Under the pieces are notes generated by a model. That model was not told the DNA's origin and ran no database searches. It worked only from the letters and a program-made list of their open reading frames with translations. DNA of 63,617 bases from Piedraia hortae CBS 480.64 (Eukaryota). The stretch covers positions 62,001 to 125,617 of the forward strand of contig MU006004.1 in NCBI GenBank assembly GCA_010093745.1, written 5' to 3'. Positions within the stretch are counted from its first letter, which is position 1. Each line of letters opens with the position of its first letter. A program made the position numbers and the translations under genes. Positions 62,947 to 63,617 of this stretch are shown piece after piece.

Positions 62947-63617
62947 CCTCAACTGAATGTAAGGAGATGGCGCTTCGTTGGTTGAGGTTACACCGGCACA
63001 AGTTGAAGACGGAGTGTGCGTTGAATGGAGGAAGTAGTCGGTTCAAAAGGGGGAAGTGAAGTTGTGGCGGAAGAGATGGGCAGAGGAGAGAGAGAAGTGG
63101 TTAAGAGAGCAGAGTTTGAGGAAGATATAGTAGAAAACCAAGTGGGCCCATACTTTGAATTAGTAGAGAAAGTGTCAGATAGTTTTCGGAGCAGGAGCGT
63201 ATGATTTTCTGTTAAGCTTGATTCGCTGACGCCGCTGCCAGTTCAACGATTCGATGATGGACTTAGTCACATTTCCATCATAATCCCAGTCCATTCATCA
63301 AACCCTGGGCACTGTGGTGTACTGAGAGCCATCGCAGTGCTACGAGTCTATTCGTTCCGTGTTGAATTGGACCAGAATCCTTTGCGTGTTCTGATAATGC
63401 GTCAGCCAATATGTTCTATGTCAATACTCAATGTAACTCACGGTGAGAACTCTCTCTCTTAGATGTCTGCATATTTTTTGTTAGTCTTTTCAATCTGAAC
63501 CAAACATGGAAGCGCTGCTCAACAAGTCCAGTCAGATTGCCTGAGTGACTTCTTGTTGTGAATATGCGGTATATTACGCGCATTATTAGTAACCGTCGCT
63601 CGGCTCTCGACTTCACG

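Noticed and set aside
1..63617. tRNA, rRNA or snRNA genes; Starship captain or secondary-metabolite cluster
   Set aside because: None recognised by eye; tRNAscan-SE, Infernal and HMM searches would be needed to exclude them formally.

Overview
This is eukaryotic DNA from a filamentous ascomycete with a compact genome: introns are mostly 42-56 nt GT-AG with CTAAC/CTGAC branch sites, and intergenic spacers are short. A Dothideomycete origin is my inference. About 19 intact housekeeping genes lie in three dense blocks. Block 1-13 kb: PWWP protein, VTA1, an MPD1-like PDI, ZRC1/COT1, DUF202, a GPCR, RTC4 and MRPL44. Block 27-41 kb: SAM37/metaxin, CWC22, a DCAF8-like WD40 gene, a DHA1 MFS transporter, SYM1, NPT1 and ATG4. 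Block 49-59 kb: SPT5, CET1 and RPN2. Three decayed islands separate or flank them (about 13.3-27, 41.1-49.1 and 59-63.6 kb). They hold a fossil CACTA/Plavaka-like transposon with a divergent second gene, pogo, piggyBac and copia remnants, F-box/LRR pseudogenes, an intact tmpA-like gene with a fossil partial copy of itself, and short dispersed repeats shared between islands. I cannot support a fully novel system. The most unusual signals are recurrent intragenic C-rich to G-rich skew flips, the SPT5-CET1 adjacency with Tyr-type CTR repeats, an unexplained ~270 bp dispersed element, and the decayed F-box/LRR family. All identifications come from motif recognition by eye; no database search was run.
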